Below are positions 36,484 to 49,446 of a stretch of DNA of 64,000 nt, in pieces. Each line of letters starts with the position of its first letter. Positions within the stretch are counted from its first letter, which is position 1. The notes beneath the pieces are model-generated. The model was given only the letters and a program-made list of their open reading frames with translations, did not search any database and had not been told where the DNA came from. A program made the position numbers and the translations under genes. The DNA comes from Escherichia coli. Its GTDB lineage: Bacteria > Pseudomonadota > Gammaproteobacteria > Enterobacterales > Enterobacteriaceae. Location of the stretch: NCBI RefSeq assembly GCF_044647545.1, contig NZ_CP172818.1; one strand, given 5' to 3'.

Positions 36484-36694
36484 CGAAGATAGAATCGTCT
36501 TTTTCGCGAAGTCTTACAAGGCGCTTACAGACAATGCCTTAAGGAAAATTTCATATGAAAGTTAAGAATTGACAAGCAATATATTGATTTTAAATGAAAA
36601 TAACGATTCTTATCTTTTTAAGTATTCGCTTATTTCCTGGCGATCTCCTACAGAGTCTGTAAGAGATCTCTCACAACAAGATGGGGTATTTGGA

Positions 36695-37240
36695 TTACAG
36701 AAGAGGCTTAAGTTGATTAAGGAATTCCGCAAGATTTGAGGCTAAATGCGTCCGTTTGCGTGTTCCCAGCGTCTCTTTGCACACTTCACCGGAGAGATTA
36801 CACACCGAGATGACCTCTAACTCTTCTTCCAGCGTCGCGATAAATAGCGTGGGCGGCAGTTTTAGCCTTTTCTGAGTCACCAGATGACCAATCAGATTTT
36901 CCTGCACCCGACGGAAGTCGTCTTCACTCCAGGTTTGCAGCAATGTCAGTTTGATATCGCCAAACTGCGCGTGCATATCCCCGGCAAACTGAGTCGTATA
37001 AAAGGTATGAATTGTGGGTTGTATCACAATATCAAAAGCACGTTCAACCGCGTTTACATTTTGTTCCCCGGTAAACGGCTGGGGTTGCCAGTATACGGCG
37101 TCTTCGGTGGTTGAAATAATGCACGGTGAAGGAACACCGTACAGTTCCTCACTCAACGGCCAGCTTTTATGCTCTTCATGCCACGCATCGCAGTAGCGTG
37201 CAGTAAAATCTTTCAGGGCTTGTGCGGTCAAATCGTCCAC
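36695..37240 (-). CDS. syd: SecY-interacting protein Syd
   Basis: 181-aa ORF recognised as Syd. Confidence 0.88.
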
Positions 37241-37307
37241 TAATTTCTCTCTTCACTTAAACCAGATACACTTGTCGTTTAGTTTATCTGGTTTATGACG
37301 GTGAAAC

Positions 37308-38156
37308 ATGTCTTCTTATGCAAACCATCAGGCACTTGCGGGCCTGACTCTTGGAAAATCAACCGATTACCGGGATACCTATGACGCCAGCCTACTGCAA
37401 GGCGTTCCGCGTAGTCTGAATCGCGATCCGCTGGGTCTGAAAGCGGATAACCTGCCTTTTCACGGTACGGATATCTGGACGCTGTATGAACTTTCCTGGC
37501 TGAATGCGAAAGGTTTGCCGCAGGTCGCCGTCGGTCACGTTGAACTTGATTACACCAGCGCAAATCTGATTGAGTCGAAGAGTTTTAAGCTCTATCTCAA
37601 CAGTTTTAACCAGACGCGTTTTAATAACTGGGATGAGGTGCGCCAGACGCTGGAGCGCGACTTAAGCACTTGCGCTCAGGGTAAGGTTAGCGTGGCGTTA
37701 TATCGTCTTGATGAACTGGAAGGCCAACCGATAGGTCATTTCAATGGCACTTGCATTGATGACCAGGATATCACTATCGATAACTATGAATTCACTACTG
37801 ACTATCTGGAGAATGCCACCAGTGGCGAAAAAGTAGTAGAAGAGACGCTCGTCAGCCACCTGCTGAAATCAAACTGCCTGATCACCCATCAACCAGATTG
37901 GGGATCGATCCAAATTCAGTATCGTGGACGCCAAATTGACAGAGAAAAACTGCTGCGTTACCTGGTCTCTTTCCGTCATCACAACGAGTTCCACGAACAG
38001 TGCGTGGAACGCATCTTTAATGACCTGTTACGCTTCTGCCAGCCAGAAAAATTGAGCGTTTACGCACGTTATACCCGTCGTGGCGGTCTGGACATTAACC
38101 CGTGGCGCAGTAATAACGATTTTGTCCCATCGACCACAAGACTGGTTCGTCAATAA
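37308..38156 (+). CDS. queF: NADPH-dependent 7-cyano-7-deazaguanine reductase
   Basis: 282-aa ORF; two-domain (type II) QueF. Confidence 0.9.
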   Translation: MSSYANHQALAGLTLGKSTDYRDTYDASLLQGVPRSLNRDPLGLKADNLPFHGTDIWTLYELSWLNAKGLPQVAVGHVELDYTSANLIESKSFKLYLNSFNQTRFNNWDEVRQTLERDLSTCAQGKVSVALYRLDELEGQPIGHFNGTCIDDQDITIDNYEFTTDYLENATSGEKVVEETLVSHLLKSNCLITHQPDWGSIQIQYRGRQIDREKLLRYLVSFRHHNEFHEQCVERIFNDLLRFCQPEKLSVYARYTRRGGLDINPWRSNNDFVPSTTRLVRQ

Positions 38157-38267
38157 ATTTTTTCTCAATTTTGCGTGCTGGATTCACGCAGAAGGTTGTG
38201 AAAGGTCATCAGGCAGGGCTATTGTAATCAAAGGGAATGACGATATTCGTCCCATAAGGAGTTTTTC

Positions 38268-39632
38268 TTGATTACACATATTAGCCCGCTTGGCTCCATG
38301 GATATGTTGTCGCAGCTGGAAGTGGATATGCTTAAACGCACCGCCAGCAGCGACCTCTATCAACTGTTTCGCAACTGTTCACTTGCCGTACTGAACTCCG
38401 GTAGTTTGACCGATAACAGCAAAGAATTGCTGTCTCGTTTTGAAAATTTCGATATTAACGTCCTGCGCCGTGAACGCGGCGTAAAGCTGGAACTGATTAA
38501 TCCCCCGGAAGAGGCTTTTGTCGATGGGCGAATTATTCGCGCTTTGCAGGCCAACTTGTTCGCGGTTCTGCGTGACATTCTCTTCGTTTACGGGCAAATC
38601 CATAACACCGTTCGTTTTCCCAATCTGAATCTCGACAACTCCGTCCACATCACTAACCTGGTCTTTTCCATCTTGCGTAACGCTCGCGCGCTGCATGTTG
38701 GTGAAGCGCCAAATATGGTGGTCTGCTGGGGCGGGCACTCAATTAACGAAAACGAGTATTTGTATGCCCGTCGCGTCGGGAATCAGCTGGGCCTGCGTGA
38801 GCTGAATATCTGCACCGGCTGTGGTCCGGGAGCGATGGAAGCGCCGATGAAAGGTGCTGCGGTCGGACACGCGCAGCAGCGTTACAAAGACAGTCGCTTT
38901 ATTGGTATGACAGAGCCGTCGATTATCGCCGCTGAACCGCCTAACCCGCTGGTCAACGAATTGATCATCATGCCAGATATCGAAAAACGTCTGGAAGCGT
39001 TTGTCCGTATCGCTCACGGTATCATTATCTTCCCTGGCGGTGTGGGTACAGCAGAAGAGTTGCTGTATTTGCTGGGAATTTTAATGAACCCGGCCAACAA
39101 AGATCAGGTTTTACCATTGATCCTCACCGGCCCGAAAGAGAGCGCCGACTACTTCCGCGTACTGGACGAGTTTGTCGTGCATACGCTGGGTGAAAACGCG
39201 CGCCGCCATTACCGCATCATCATTGATGACGCCGCTGAAGTCGCTCGTCAGATGAAAAAATCGATGCCGCTGGTGAAAGAAAATCGCCGCGACACAGGCG
39301 ATGCCTACAGCTTTAACTGGTCAATGCGCATTGCGCCAGATTTGCAAATGCCGTTTGAGCCGTCTCACGAGAATATGGCTAATCTGAAGCTTTACCCGGA
39401 TCAACCCGTTGAAGTGCTGGCTGCCGACCTGCGCCGTGCGTTCTCCGGTATTGTGGCGGGTAACGTAAAAGAAGTCGGTATTCGCGCCATTGAAGAGTTT
39501 GGTCCTTATAAAATCAACGGCGATAAAGAGATTATGCGTCGTATGGATGACCTGCTACAGGGTTTTGTTGCCCAGCATCGTATGAAGTTGCCAGGCTCAG
39601 CCTACATCCCTTGCTACGAAATCTGCACGTAA
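38268..39632 (+). CDS. ppnN: pyrimidine/purine nucleotide 5'-monophosphate nucleosidase (LOG-like)
   Basis: 454-aa ORF that starts at a TTG codon (ttg att aca cat...); LOG/TIGR00730-like core (PGGxGTxEE). Confidence 0.88.
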
Positions 39633-40187
39633 TCTCCCTCCCCCGGTGACGTTTGTTGCCGGGTTTTCTCGTTTTTGGTCACATACCCATCAATTTATTT
39701 CATTTGTTATATGAATGTTTCTTACCCCCCTCACGCGATAAATATCATTACAGTTAATATGTCATACAATTTATGTTGTAACGCAAACGTTTCCCTATTT
39801 TCATAAACCACATTTTATCGCTATGAAAAAGAAATTATCGCCATGATTAACTAAAAGTATTGATTTTTTCAGTTCAACCTACATATATTGCGCGCCCCGG
39901 AAGAAGTCAGATGTCGTTTAATGGGCAAATATTGCCCTTAAATTCTCTTTTACTTTTGATTTACAGAGTAAAGCGTTGGGATAATCTATCTTCCAAGTAG
40001 ATTATTGTATTTGGGATCAAGATCACTGATAGATACATAACTTGTGTGTATCTTTCCGCCCTCAAATTATTACGGCGGTAAATGATTAAGCCATCGCCGA
40101 TAGACAGATTTCATTTTTACGGTCAGGCACCTTCCCGGGCTGAACTGGCTAAAAGCTGAATTATTTGCATTCCTCCAGGAGAAATAG

Positions 40188-41477
40188 ATGGAAACGACTC
40201 AAACCAGCACGATTGCGTCGAAAGACTCTCGTAGTGCCTGGCGCAAGACAGACACCATGTGGATGCTGGGCCTTTACGGCACGGCAATCGGCGCGGGCGT
40301 GCTGTTCCTGCCAATCAACGCCGGTGTTGGCGGTATGATCCCGCTGATCATCATGGCTATCCTTGCGTTCCCGATGACATTTTTTGCTCACCGCGGCCTG
40401 ACTCGCTTCGTACTGTCTGGTAAAAACCCAGGCGAAGACATCACCGAGGTTGTAGAAGAACACTTTGGTATTGGCGCAGGTAAACTGATTACCCTGCTCT
40501 ACTTCTTCGCTATCTACCCGATCCTGCTGGTTTATAGCGTGGCAATCACCAATACAGTTGAAAGCTTCATGTCTCACCAGCTGGGTATGACACCACCGCC
40601 GCGTGCGATTCTGTCGCTGATCCTGATCGTGGGTATGATGACCATCGTTCGCTTCGGTGAGCAGATGATCGTTAAAGCGATGAGTATTCTGGTATTCCCG
40701 TTTGTTGGCGTACTGATGCTGCTGGCTCTGTACCTGATCCCGCAGTGGAACGGCGCAGCACTGGAAACGCTGTCTCTGGACACTGCATCTGCAACCGGAA
40801 ACGGTCTGTGGATGACCCTGTGGCTGGCAATTCCGGTAATGGTGTTCTCGTTCAACCACTCTCCGATCATCTCTTCTTTCGCCGTTGCGAAGCGTGAAGA
40901 GTACGGCGATATGGCAGAACAGAAATGCTCGAAGATCCTGGCATTCGCACACATCATGATGGTGCTGACCGTAATGTTCTTCGTATTCAGCTGCGTACTG
41001 AGCCTGACTCCGGCAGACCTGGCTGCGGCTAAAGAGCAGAACATCTCGATTCTGTCTTACCTGGCTAACCACTTTAACGCACCGGTTATCGCGTGGATGG
41101 CTCCGATTATCGCGATTATCGCTATCACCAAATCCTTCCTCGGCCACTACCTGGGCGCACGTGAAGGCTTCAACGGTATGGTGATTAAATCTCTGCGTGG
41201 TAAAGGTAAGTCTATCGAAATCAACAAGCTGAACCGTATCACTGCGCTGTTCATGCTGGTAACGACCTGGATTGTTGCCACCCTGAACCCGAGCATCCTG
41301 GGTATGATTGAAACCCTGGGCGGCCCAATCATCGCGATGATCCTGTTCCTGATGCCGATGTACGCAATTCAGAAAGTACCGGCAATGCGTAAGTACAGCG
41401 GTCACATCAGCAACGTATTCGTTGTCGTGATGGGTCTGATTGCAATCTCCGCAATCTTCTACTCTCTGTTCAGCTAA
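40188..41477 (+). CDS. sdaC: serine:H+ symporter
   Basis: 429-aa hydrophobic ORF beginning [31 protein letters not shown]. Confidence 0.95.
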   Translation: METTQTSTIASKDSRSAWRKTDTMWMLGLYGTAIGAGVLFLPINAGVGGMIPLIIMAILAFPMTFFAHRGLTRFVLSGKNPGEDITEVVEEHFGIGAGKLITLLYFFAIYPILLVYSVAITNTVESFMSHQLGMTPPPRAILSLILIVGMMTIVRFGEQMIVKAMSILVFPFVGVLMLLALYLIPQWNGAALETLSLDTASATGNGLWMTLWLAIPVMVFSFNHSPIISSFAVAKREEYGDMAEQKCSKILAFAHIMMVLTVMFFVFSCVLSLTPADLAAAKEQNISILSYLANHFNAPVIAWMAPIIAIIAITKSFLGHYLGAREGFNGMVIKSLRGKGKSIEINKLNRITALFMLVTTWIVATLNPSILGMIETLGGPIIAMILFLMPMYAIQKVPAMRKYSGHISNVFVVVMGLIAISAIFYSLFS

Positions 41478-41534
41478 GTCCTTTCGCGCCGCTTTCGGGC
41501 GGCGCTTCCTCCGTTTTAACGCGATGTATTTCCT

Positions 41535-42902
41535 ATGATTAGCGTATTCGATATTTTCAAAATCGGCATTGGCCCTTCCAGTTCTCATACCGTTGGACCA
41601 ATGAAAGCGGGTAAACAATTTACCGACGATCTGATTGCCCGTAACCTGCTTAAAGACGTGACCCGCGTGGTGGTTGACGTGTACGGCTCGCTCTCTCTGA
41701 CCGGTAAAGGCCACCACACAGATATCGCCATAATTATGGGTCTGGCGGGTAACCTGCCGGATACCGTGGATATCGATTCCATCCCTGGTTTTATTCAGGA
41801 TGTGAATACTCATGGTCGCCTGATGCTGGCAAACGGTCAGCATGAAGTGGAGTTCCCGGTTGATCAGTGCATGAACTTCCATGCCGACAACCTTTCTCTG
41901 CATGAAAACGGTATGCGCATTACCGCACTGGCGGGCGATAAAGTCGTTTACAGCCAGACTTACTACTCTATTGGCGGTGGCTTTATCGTTGATGAAGAGC
42001 ATTTTGGTCAGCAGGATAGCGCACCGGTTGAAGTTCCTTATCCGTACAGTTCAGCAGCCGATCTGCAAAAACATTGTCAGGAAACCGGGCTGTCACTCTC
42101 TGGCCTGATGATGAAAAACGAGCTGGCACTGCACAGCAAAGAAGAGCTGGAACAGCACCTGGCGAACGTCTGGGAAGTCATGCGTGGCGGTATTGAGCGC
42201 GGTATTTCCACCGAAGGCGTGTTGCCTGGCAAACTGCGCGTTCCACGCCGTGCTGCGGCACTACGCCGGATGCTGGTCAGCCAGGATAAAACCACCACTG
42301 ACCCGATGGCGGTTGTTGACTGGATCAACATGTTTGCACTGGCAGTGAACGAAGAGAATGCTGCTGGCGGTCGTGTGGTGACTGCGCCGACTAACGGTGC
42401 GTGCGGGATTATTCCGGCCGTGCTGGCGTACTACGACAAGTTTATCCGCGAAGTGAACGCTAACTCACTGGCTCGTTACCTGCTGGTAGCCAGCGCCATT
42501 GGTTCTCTTTATAAGATGAACGCGTCGATTTCTGGTGCCGAAGTCGGCTGCCAGGGTGAAGTCGGCGTGGCGTGCTCAATGGCGGCAGCTGGTCTGGCAG
42601 AACTGTTAGGCGCAAGCCCGGCGCAGGTATGCATCGCGGCGGAAATCGCCATGGAGCACAACCTCGGTCTGACGTGTGACCCGGTTGCCGGACAGGTCCA
42701 GGTACCGTGCATCGAGCGTAACGCCATTGCGGCAGTAAAAGCGGTGAACGCCGCGCGTATGGCGCTGCGCCGTACCAGCGAGCCGCGCGTCTGCCTCGAT
42801 AAAGTTATCGAGACCATGTACGAAACAGGTAAAGATATGAACGCCAAGTACCGCGAAACCTCTCGCGGCGGCCTGGCAATGAAGATCGTTGCCTGCGATT
42901 AA
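41535..42902 (+). CDS. sdaB: L-serine dehydratase 2
   Basis: 455-aa ORF beginning MISVFDIFKIGIGPSSSHTVGPM (Fe-S L-serine dehydratase). Confidence 0.95.
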   Translation: MISVFDIFKIGIGPSSSHTVGPMKAGKQFTDDLIARNLLKDVTRVVVDVYGSLSLTGKGHHTDIAIIMGLAGNLPDTVDIDSIPGFIQDVNTHGRLMLANGQHEVEFPVDQCMNFHADNLSLHENGMRITALAGDKVVYSQTYYSIGGGFIVDEEHFGQQDSAPVEVPYPYSSAADLQKHCQETGLSLSGLMMKNELALHSKEELEQHLANVWEVMRGGIERGISTEGVLPGKLRVPRRAAALRRMLVSQDKTTTDPMAVVDWINMFALAVNEENAAGGRVVTAPTNGACGIIPAVLAYYDKFIREVNANSLARYLLVASAIGSLYKMNASISGAEVGCQGEVGVACSMAAAGLAELLGASPAQVCIAAEIAMEHNLGLTCDPVAGQVQVPCIERNAIAAVKAVNAARMALRRTSEPRVCLDKVIETMYETGKDMNAKYRETSRGGLAMKIVACD

Positions 42903-43769
<867 letters not shown>

Positions 43770-43775
43770 CGGCGT

Positions 43776-43858
43776 GCCGGATGCAAACGATTATCAACAC
43801 ATTGAATTTAATGCACTTATATGCCGGATAAGACACGGCTAGCGTCGCATCCGGCATT
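43776..43858. repeat. REP-like inverted repeats between xni and fucO
   Basis: tgccggatgcaaacg ... atgccggataagacacggctagcgtcgcatccggca: paired palindromic units typical of REP/BIME. Confidence 0.6.
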
Positions 43859-43873
43859 ATCACATCAGCGCAT

Positions 43874-45022
43874 TTACCAGGCGGTATGGTAAAGCTCTAC
43901 AATATCCTCAAGCGTTGCTTCACGCGGGTTGCCACCGGTACAAACATCATCCAGTGCCGCCTGCGCCAGTGCCGGAATGTCTTCCTTGCGTACACCAACA
44001 TCACGTAAATGTGGCGGAATACCGACATCACGGTTGAGAGCAAACACCGCTTCAACAGCGGCATTACGCGCCTCTTCCAGGCTCATACCTTCCACTTTCA
44101 CGCCCATAACGCGCGCGATATCGCGGTACTTCTCACCGGTAAAGTCAGCGTTATAGCGCATGACATGCGGTAACAGGATGGCGTTCGCAACACCGTGTGG
44201 CGTGTTGTAAAACGCGCCCAGTGGATGCGCCATACCATGCACCAACCCTAACCCAACATTCGAGAAGCCCATACCCGCAACATACTGCCCGAGCGCCATT
44301 TCTTCTCCGGCATCCTTATCACCAGCAACCGATCCTCGCAGCGCCCCAGCAATGATTTCAATCGCTTTAATGTGCAGTGCATCGGTTAGCGCCCACGCGC
44401 CACGGGTAATATACCCCTCAATAGCATGAGTGAGCGCATCGACACCCGTCGCAGCTTTCAGCGCTGGAGGCATACCATCCATCATGTCAGCGTCAATAAA
44501 CGCCACCTGCGGGATATCATGCGGATCAACGCAAACAAACTTGCGCCGTTTTTCTTCGTCAGTGATCACGTAGTTAATGGTCACTTCTGCCGCAGTGCCT
44601 GCTGTGGTGGGGATTGCCAGAATCGGTACACTAGGTTTATTGGTCGGGGAAAGCCCTTCCAGGCTACGCACATCGGCAAACTCCGGGTTGTTGCTGATAA
44701 TGCCAATCGCTTTACAAGTATCCTGTGGAGAACCACCACCAATAGCGATCAGGTAATCCGCGCCGCTATTCTGGAATACATCGAGCCCTTCTTTGACGAC
44801 AGTAATTGTTGGGTTGGGCACGACGCCGTCGTAAATCGCCCATGCCAGTCCTGCCGCATCCATCTTATCGGTCACTTTCGCCACCACGCCGCATTGCACC
44901 AGCGTTTTATCGGTGACGATCAGCGCCTTCTGATAACCACGGCGTTTCACCTCATCGGTTAAAGCCCCAACAGCCCCCCGACCAAACCATGCCGTTTCGT
45001 TCAGAATCATTCTGTTAGCCAT
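43874..45022 (-). CDS. fucO: L-1,2-propanediol oxidoreductase (lactaldehyde reductase)
   Basis: ORF track 43874-45025; MANRMILNETAWFGRGAVGAL...; iron-containing alcohol dehydrogenase. Confidence 0.95.
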   Translation of the reverse strand: MANRMILNETAWFGRGAVGALTDEVKRRGYQKALIVTDKTLVQCGVVAKVTDKMDAAGLAWAIYDGVVPNPTITVVKEGLDVFQNSGADYLIAIGGGSPQDTCKAIGIISNNPEFADVRSLEGLSPTNKPSVPILAIPTTAGTAAEVTINYVITDEEKRRKFVCVDPHDIPQVAFIDADMMDGMPPALKAATGVDALTHAIEGYITRGAWALTDALHIKAIEIIAGALRGSVAGDKDAGEEMALGQYVAGMGFSNVGLGLVHGMAHPLGAFYNTPHGVANAILLPHVMRYNADFTGEKYRDIARVMGVKVEGMSLEEARNAAVEAVFALNRDVGIPPHLRDVGVRKEDIPALAQAALDDVCTGGNPREATLEDIVELYHTAW

Positions 45023-45049
45023 CATCCTTCTCCTTGTTGCTTTACGAAA

Positions 45050-45697
45050 TTACTCTTCAATCCGTAACCCGTAGGTTTTGAATTTCTCCAGCACTACGGC
45101 AATCTCTTCATCGCTCAGCACTGGCACCGGGTCCGTAATCGCCAGGGTCGTCAGGTAAAGTTGTGCCAGCACTTCAACTTCATGCGCCAGCCATAACGCT
45201 TTCTCCAGATTCGCCTCACAAGCGATAAGCCCATGATGTTGTAACAAAGTTGCCTTACGATTTTTGAGAGCCAGCGCAACATGTTCAGAAAGTTCGCGTG
45301 TTCCAAAGGTCGCATAAGGCGCGCAAGGAATAGAATTACCGCCAGCCGCCGCAATCATGTAGTGAATCGCGGGGATCGGTCGGTTAAGAATGGAAACTGC
45401 CGTACAATGAACGGCATGATTGTGAACAACCGCGTTGGCATCCGGTCTGCTTTGATAGGCCGCCATATGGAAACGCCACTCGCTTGAGGGGAGTTTTCCT
45501 TCCTCATGTTTGCCGTTGCCATCAATAAAGACAATATGCGACTCCGTCAGTTTTTCATATGGAATACCTGTAGGCGTAATCAGCATCCCATCCTGATAAC
45601 GTACACTGACGTTACCCGCTGTCCCCTGGTTCAGCCCCAGGCAAGTCATTTCCAGGCAAGTGTCAATAATCTGACGAGCAAGTTTATTTCGTTCCAT
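45050..45697 (-). CDS. fucA: L-fuculose-phosphate aldolase
   Basis: 215-aa ORF beginning MERNKLARQIIDTCLEMTRLGLNQGTAGNVS (class II aldolase). Confidence 0.95.
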   Translation of the reverse strand: MERNKLARQIIDTCLEMTCLGLNQGTAGNVSVRYQDGMLITPTGIPYEKLTESHIVFIDGNGKHEEGKLPSSEWRFHMAAYQSRPDANAVVHNHAVHCTAVSILNRPIPAIHYMIAAAGGNSIPCAPYATFGTRELSEHVALALKNRKATLLQHHGLIACEANLEKALWLAHEVEVLAQLYLTTLAITDPVPVLSDEEIAVVLEKFKTYGLRIEE

Positions 45698-46243
45698 TAG
45701 CTACCTCTCTCTGATTCAAAACAGGGCAATAATGTTGTTCCTTTCACACTATTGAATTAGCCGTTTAATTACTCACCATATTCTTCCTGATTAACCAGAA
45801 AGAAATTCACAAGCTTATATTTTGTGACCTGGTTCAACTAATCACAGTAAATAACTGCAATTTCTCTTTTTATAACCCCATTAAAAATGACCGCTCTTAA
45901 AAATATTTATCAAAACGGTCATTTTTCTACTCCTCCCTGCCAGGAATGCCCGTTTTCGGCACAAACAATTAATACGGTCATCTGGTTTGTGTTTTTTATG
46001 ATTTATTTTCTGAAACGGGCATGAAATTTCGATTATTAAAGTGATGGTAGTCACATAAAGTCACCTTCCGGCTAATAAGTGTGACCGCCGTCATATTACA
46101 GAGCGTTTTTTATTTGAAAATGAATCCATGAGTTCATTTCAGACAGGCAAATATTCACTGATATGAAGCCCGAACTCGCTGGTTTTGCACTTTTGAAAAC
46201 ATAACCGATTACGTGCTTAAGCTTCTGAACCTAAGAGGATGCT
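45698..46243. promoter_or_regulatory. Divergent fucAO / fucPIKUR control region
   Basis: 546-bp AT-rich intergenic region between divergently oriented operons; individual CRP/FucR sites not resolved by eye. Confidence 0.5.
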
Positions 46244-47560
46244 ATGGGAAACACATCAATACAAACGCAGAGTTACCGTGCGGTAGATAAAGATGCAGGG
46301 CAAAGCAGAAGTTACATTATTCCATTTGCACTGCTGTGCTCACTGTTTTTTCTTTGGGCGGTAGCCAATAACCTTAACGACATTTTATTGCCTCAATTCC
46401 AGCAGGCTTTTACGCTGACAAATTTCCAGGCTGGCCTGATCCAATCGGCCTTTTACTTTGGTTATTTCATTATCCCAATCCCTGCCGGGATATTGATGAA
46501 AAAACTCAGTTATAAAGCAGGGATTATTACCGGATTGTTTTTATATGCCTTCGGCGCTGCATTATTCTGGCCCGCCGCAGAAATAATGAACTACACATTG
46601 TTTTTAGTTGGCCTATTTATTATTGCAGCCGGATTAGGTTGTCTGGAAACTGCCGCAAACCCTTTTGTTACGGTATTAGGGCCGGAAAGCAGTGGTCACT
46701 TCCGCTTAAATCTTGCGCAAACATTTAACTCATTTGGCGCAATTATCGCGGTTGTCTTTGGGCAAAGTCTTATTTTGTCTAACGTGCCACATCAATCGCA
46801 AGACGTTCTCGATAAAATGTCTCCAGAGCAATTGAGTGCGTATAAACACAGCCTGGTATTATCGGTACAGACACCTTATATGATCATCGTGGCTATCGTG
46901 TTACTGGTCGCCCTGCTGATCATGCTGACGAAATTCCCGGCATTGCAGAGTGATAATCACAGTGACGCCAAACAAGGATCGTTCTCCGCATCGCTTTCTC
47001 GCCTGGCGCGTATTCGCCACTGGCGCTGGGCAGTATTAGCGCAATTCTGCTACGTCGGCGCGCAAACGGCCTGCTGGAGCTATTTGATTCGCTACGCTGT
47101 AGAAGAAATTCCAGGTATGACCGCAGGCTTTGCCGCTAACTATTTAACCGGAACCATGGTGTGCTTCTTTATTGGTCGTTTCACCGGTACCTGGCTCATC
47201 AGTCGCTTCGCACCACACAAAGTCCTGGCAGCCTACGCATTAATCGCTATGGCACTGTGCCTGATCTCAGCCTTCGCTGGCGGTCATGTGGGCTTAATAG
47301 CCCTGACTTTATGCAGCGCCTTTATGTCGATTCAGTACCCAACAATCTTCTCGCTGGGCATTAAGAATCTCGGCCAGGACACCAAATACGGTTCGTCCTT
47401 CATCGTTATGACCATTATTGGCGGCGGTATTGTCACTCCGGTCATGGGTTTTGTCAGTGACGCTGCGGGCAACATCCCCACAGCTGAACTGATCCCCGCA
47501 CTCTGCTTCGCAGTCATCTTTATCTTTGCCCGTTTCCGTTCTCAAACGGCAACTAACTGA
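46244..47560 (+). CDS. fucP: L-fucose:H+ symporter
   Basis: 438-aa MFS ORF beginning MGNTSIQTQSYRAVDKDAGQSRSYIIPFALLCSLFFLWA. Confidence 0.95.
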   Translation: MGNTSIQTQSYRAVDKDAGQSRSYIIPFALLCSLFFLWAVANNLNDILLPQFQQAFTLTNFQAGLIQSAFYFGYFIIPIPAGILMKKLSYKAGIITGLFLYAFGAALFWPAAEIMNYTLFLVGLFIIAAGLGCLETAANPFVTVLGPESSGHFRLNLAQTFNSFGAIIAVVFGQSLILSNVPHQSQDVLDKMSPEQLSAYKHSLVLSVQTPYMIIVAIVLLVALLIMLTKFPALQSDNHSDAKQGSFSASLSRLARIRHWRWAVLAQFCYVGAQTACWSYLIRYAVEEIPGMTAGFAANYLTGTMVCFFIGRFTGTWLISRFAPHKVLAAYALIAMALCLISAFAGGHVGLIALTLCSAFMSIQYPTIFSLGIKNLGQDTKYGSSFIVMTIIGGGIVTPVMGFVSDAAGNIPTAELIPALCFAVIFIFARFRSQTATN

Positions 47561-47592
47561 ACATATTTTCCGAATAAAGTGAGGAATCTGTA

Positions 47593-49368
47593 ATGAAAAA
47601 AATCAGCTTACCGAAAATTGGTATCCGCCCGGTTATTGACGGTCGTCGCATGGGTGTTCGTGAGTCGCTTGAAGAACAAACAATGAATATGGCGAAAGCC
47701 ACGGCCGCACTGCTGACCGAGAAACTGCGCCATGCCTGTGGAGCTGCCGTCGAGTGTGTCATTTCCGATACCTGTATCGCGGGTATGGCTGAAGCCGCTG
47801 CTTGCGAAGAAAAATTCAGCAGTCAGAATGTAGGCCTCACCATTACGGTAACCCCTTGCTGGTGCTATGGCAGTGAAACCATCGACATGGATCCAACCCG
47901 CCCGAAAGCCATTTGGGGCTTTAACGGCACCGAACGTCCCGGCGCTGTTTACCTGGCAGCGGCTCTGGCAGCTCACAGCCAGAAAGGCATCCCGGCATTC
48001 TCCATTTACGGTCATGACGTTCAGGATGCCGATGACACATCGATTCCTGCTGATGTTGAAGAAAAACTGCTGCGCTTTGCCCGCGCCGGTTTGGCCGTCG
48101 CCAGCATGAAAGGTAAAAGCTATCTGTCGCTGGGCGGCGTTTCGATGGGTATCGCCGGTTCTATTGTTGATCACAACTTCTTTGAATCCTGGCTGGGAAT
48201 GAAAGTCCAGGCGGTGGATATGACCGAACTGCGTCGCCGTATCGATCAGAAGATTTACGACGAAGCCGAACTGGAAATGGCGCTGGCCTGGGCTGATAAA
48301 AACTTCCGCTATGGCGAAGATGAAAATAACAAACAGTATCAACGCAATGCCGAGCAAAGCCGCGCAGTTCTGCGCGAAAGTTTACTGATGGCAATGTGTA
48401 TCCGCGACATGATGCAAGGCAACAGCAAACTGGCCGATATTGGTCGCGTGGAAGAATCACTTGGCTACAACGCCATCGCTGCGGGCTTCCAGGGACAACG
48501 CCACTGGACCGATCAATATCCCAATGGTGACACCGCCGAAGCGCTCCTCAACAGTTCATTTGACTGGAATGGCGTGCGCGAACCCTTTGTCGTGGCGACC
48601 GAAAACGACAGTCTTAACGGCGTGGCAATGCTAATGGGTCACCAACTCACCGGCACCGCTCAGGTATTTGCCGATGTGCGTACCTACTGGTCACCAGAAG
48701 CAATTGAGCGTGTAACGGGGCATAAACTCGATGGACTGGCAGAACACGGCATCATCCATTTGATCAACTCCGGTTCTGCTGCGCTGGACGGTTCCTGTAA
48801 ACAACGCGACAGCGAAGGTAACCCGACGATGAAGCCACACTGGGAAATCTCTCAGCAAGAGGCTGACGCTTGCCTCGCCGCTACCGAATGGTGCCCGGCG
48901 ATCCACGAATACTTCCGTGGCGGCGGTTACTCTTCCCGCTTCCTTACCGAAGGCGGCGTCCCGTTCACCATGACTCGTGTCAACATCATCAAAGGCCTGG
49001 GACCGGTACTGCAAATCGCGGAAGGCTGGAGCGTGGAATTGCCGAAGGATGTGCATGACATCCTCAACAAACGCACCAACTCAACCTGGCCAACCACCTG
49101 GTTTGCACCGCGCCTCACCGGTAAAGGGCCGTTTACGGATGTGTACTCGGTAATGGCGAACTGGGGCGCTAACCACGGGGTTCTGACCATCGGCCACGTT
49201 GGCGCAGACTTTATCACTCTTGCCTCCATGCTGCGTATCCCGGTATGTATGCACAACGTTGAAGAGACCAAAGTGTATCGTCCTTCTGCCTGGGCCGCGC
49301 ACGGCATGGATATTGAAGGCCAGGATTACCGCGCTTGCCAGAACTACGGCCCGTTGTACAAGCGTTAA
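47593..49368 (+). CDS. fucI: L-fucose isomerase
   Basis: 591-aa ORF beginning [30 protein letters not shown]. Confidence 0.96.
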   Translation: MKKISLPKIGIRPVIDGRRMGVRESLEEQTMNMAKATAALLTEKLRHACGAAVECVISDTCIAGMAEAAACEEKFSSQNVGLTITVTPCWCYGSETIDMDPTRPKAIWGFNGTERPGAVYLAAALAAHSQKGIPAFSIYGHDVQDADDTSIPADVEEKLLRFARAGLAVASMKGKSYLSLGGVSMGIAGSIVDHNFFESWLGMKVQAVDMTELRRRIDQKIYDEAELEMALAWADKNFRYGEDENNKQYQRNAEQSRAVLRESLLMAMCIRDMMQGNSKLADIGRVEESLGYNAIAAGFQGQRHWTDQYPNGDTAEALLNSSFDWNGVREPFVVATENDSLNGVAMLMGHQLTGTAQVFADVRTYWSPEAIERVTGHKLDGLAEHGIIHLINSGSAALDGSCKQRDSEGNPTMKPHWEISQQEADACLAATEWCPAIHEYFRGGGYSSRFLTEGGVPFTMTRVNIIKGLGPVLQIAEGWSVELPKDVHDILNKRTNSTWPTTWFAPRLTGKGPFTDVYSVMANWGANHGVLTIGHVGADFITLASMLRIPVCMHNVEETKVYRPSAWAAHGMDIEGQDYRACQNYGPLYKR

Positions 49369-49446
49369 TACATGACTCCCTGATGTGATGCCCGGTCGCT
49401 CCGGCTACCGGGCCTGAACAAGCAAGAGTGGTTAGCCGGATAAGCA

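Noticed and set aside
40161-42002. 613-aa - strand ORF antisense to sdaC/sdaB
   Set aside because: His/Arg/Gln-rich nonsense translation opposite two well-supported genes.
49369-49446. Hairpin agccggataagcaatgttatccggct between fucI and fucK as a REP element
   Set aside because: Perfect palindrome, but it does not match the REP consensus well; may simply be an intercistronic stem-loop. Left unannotated.
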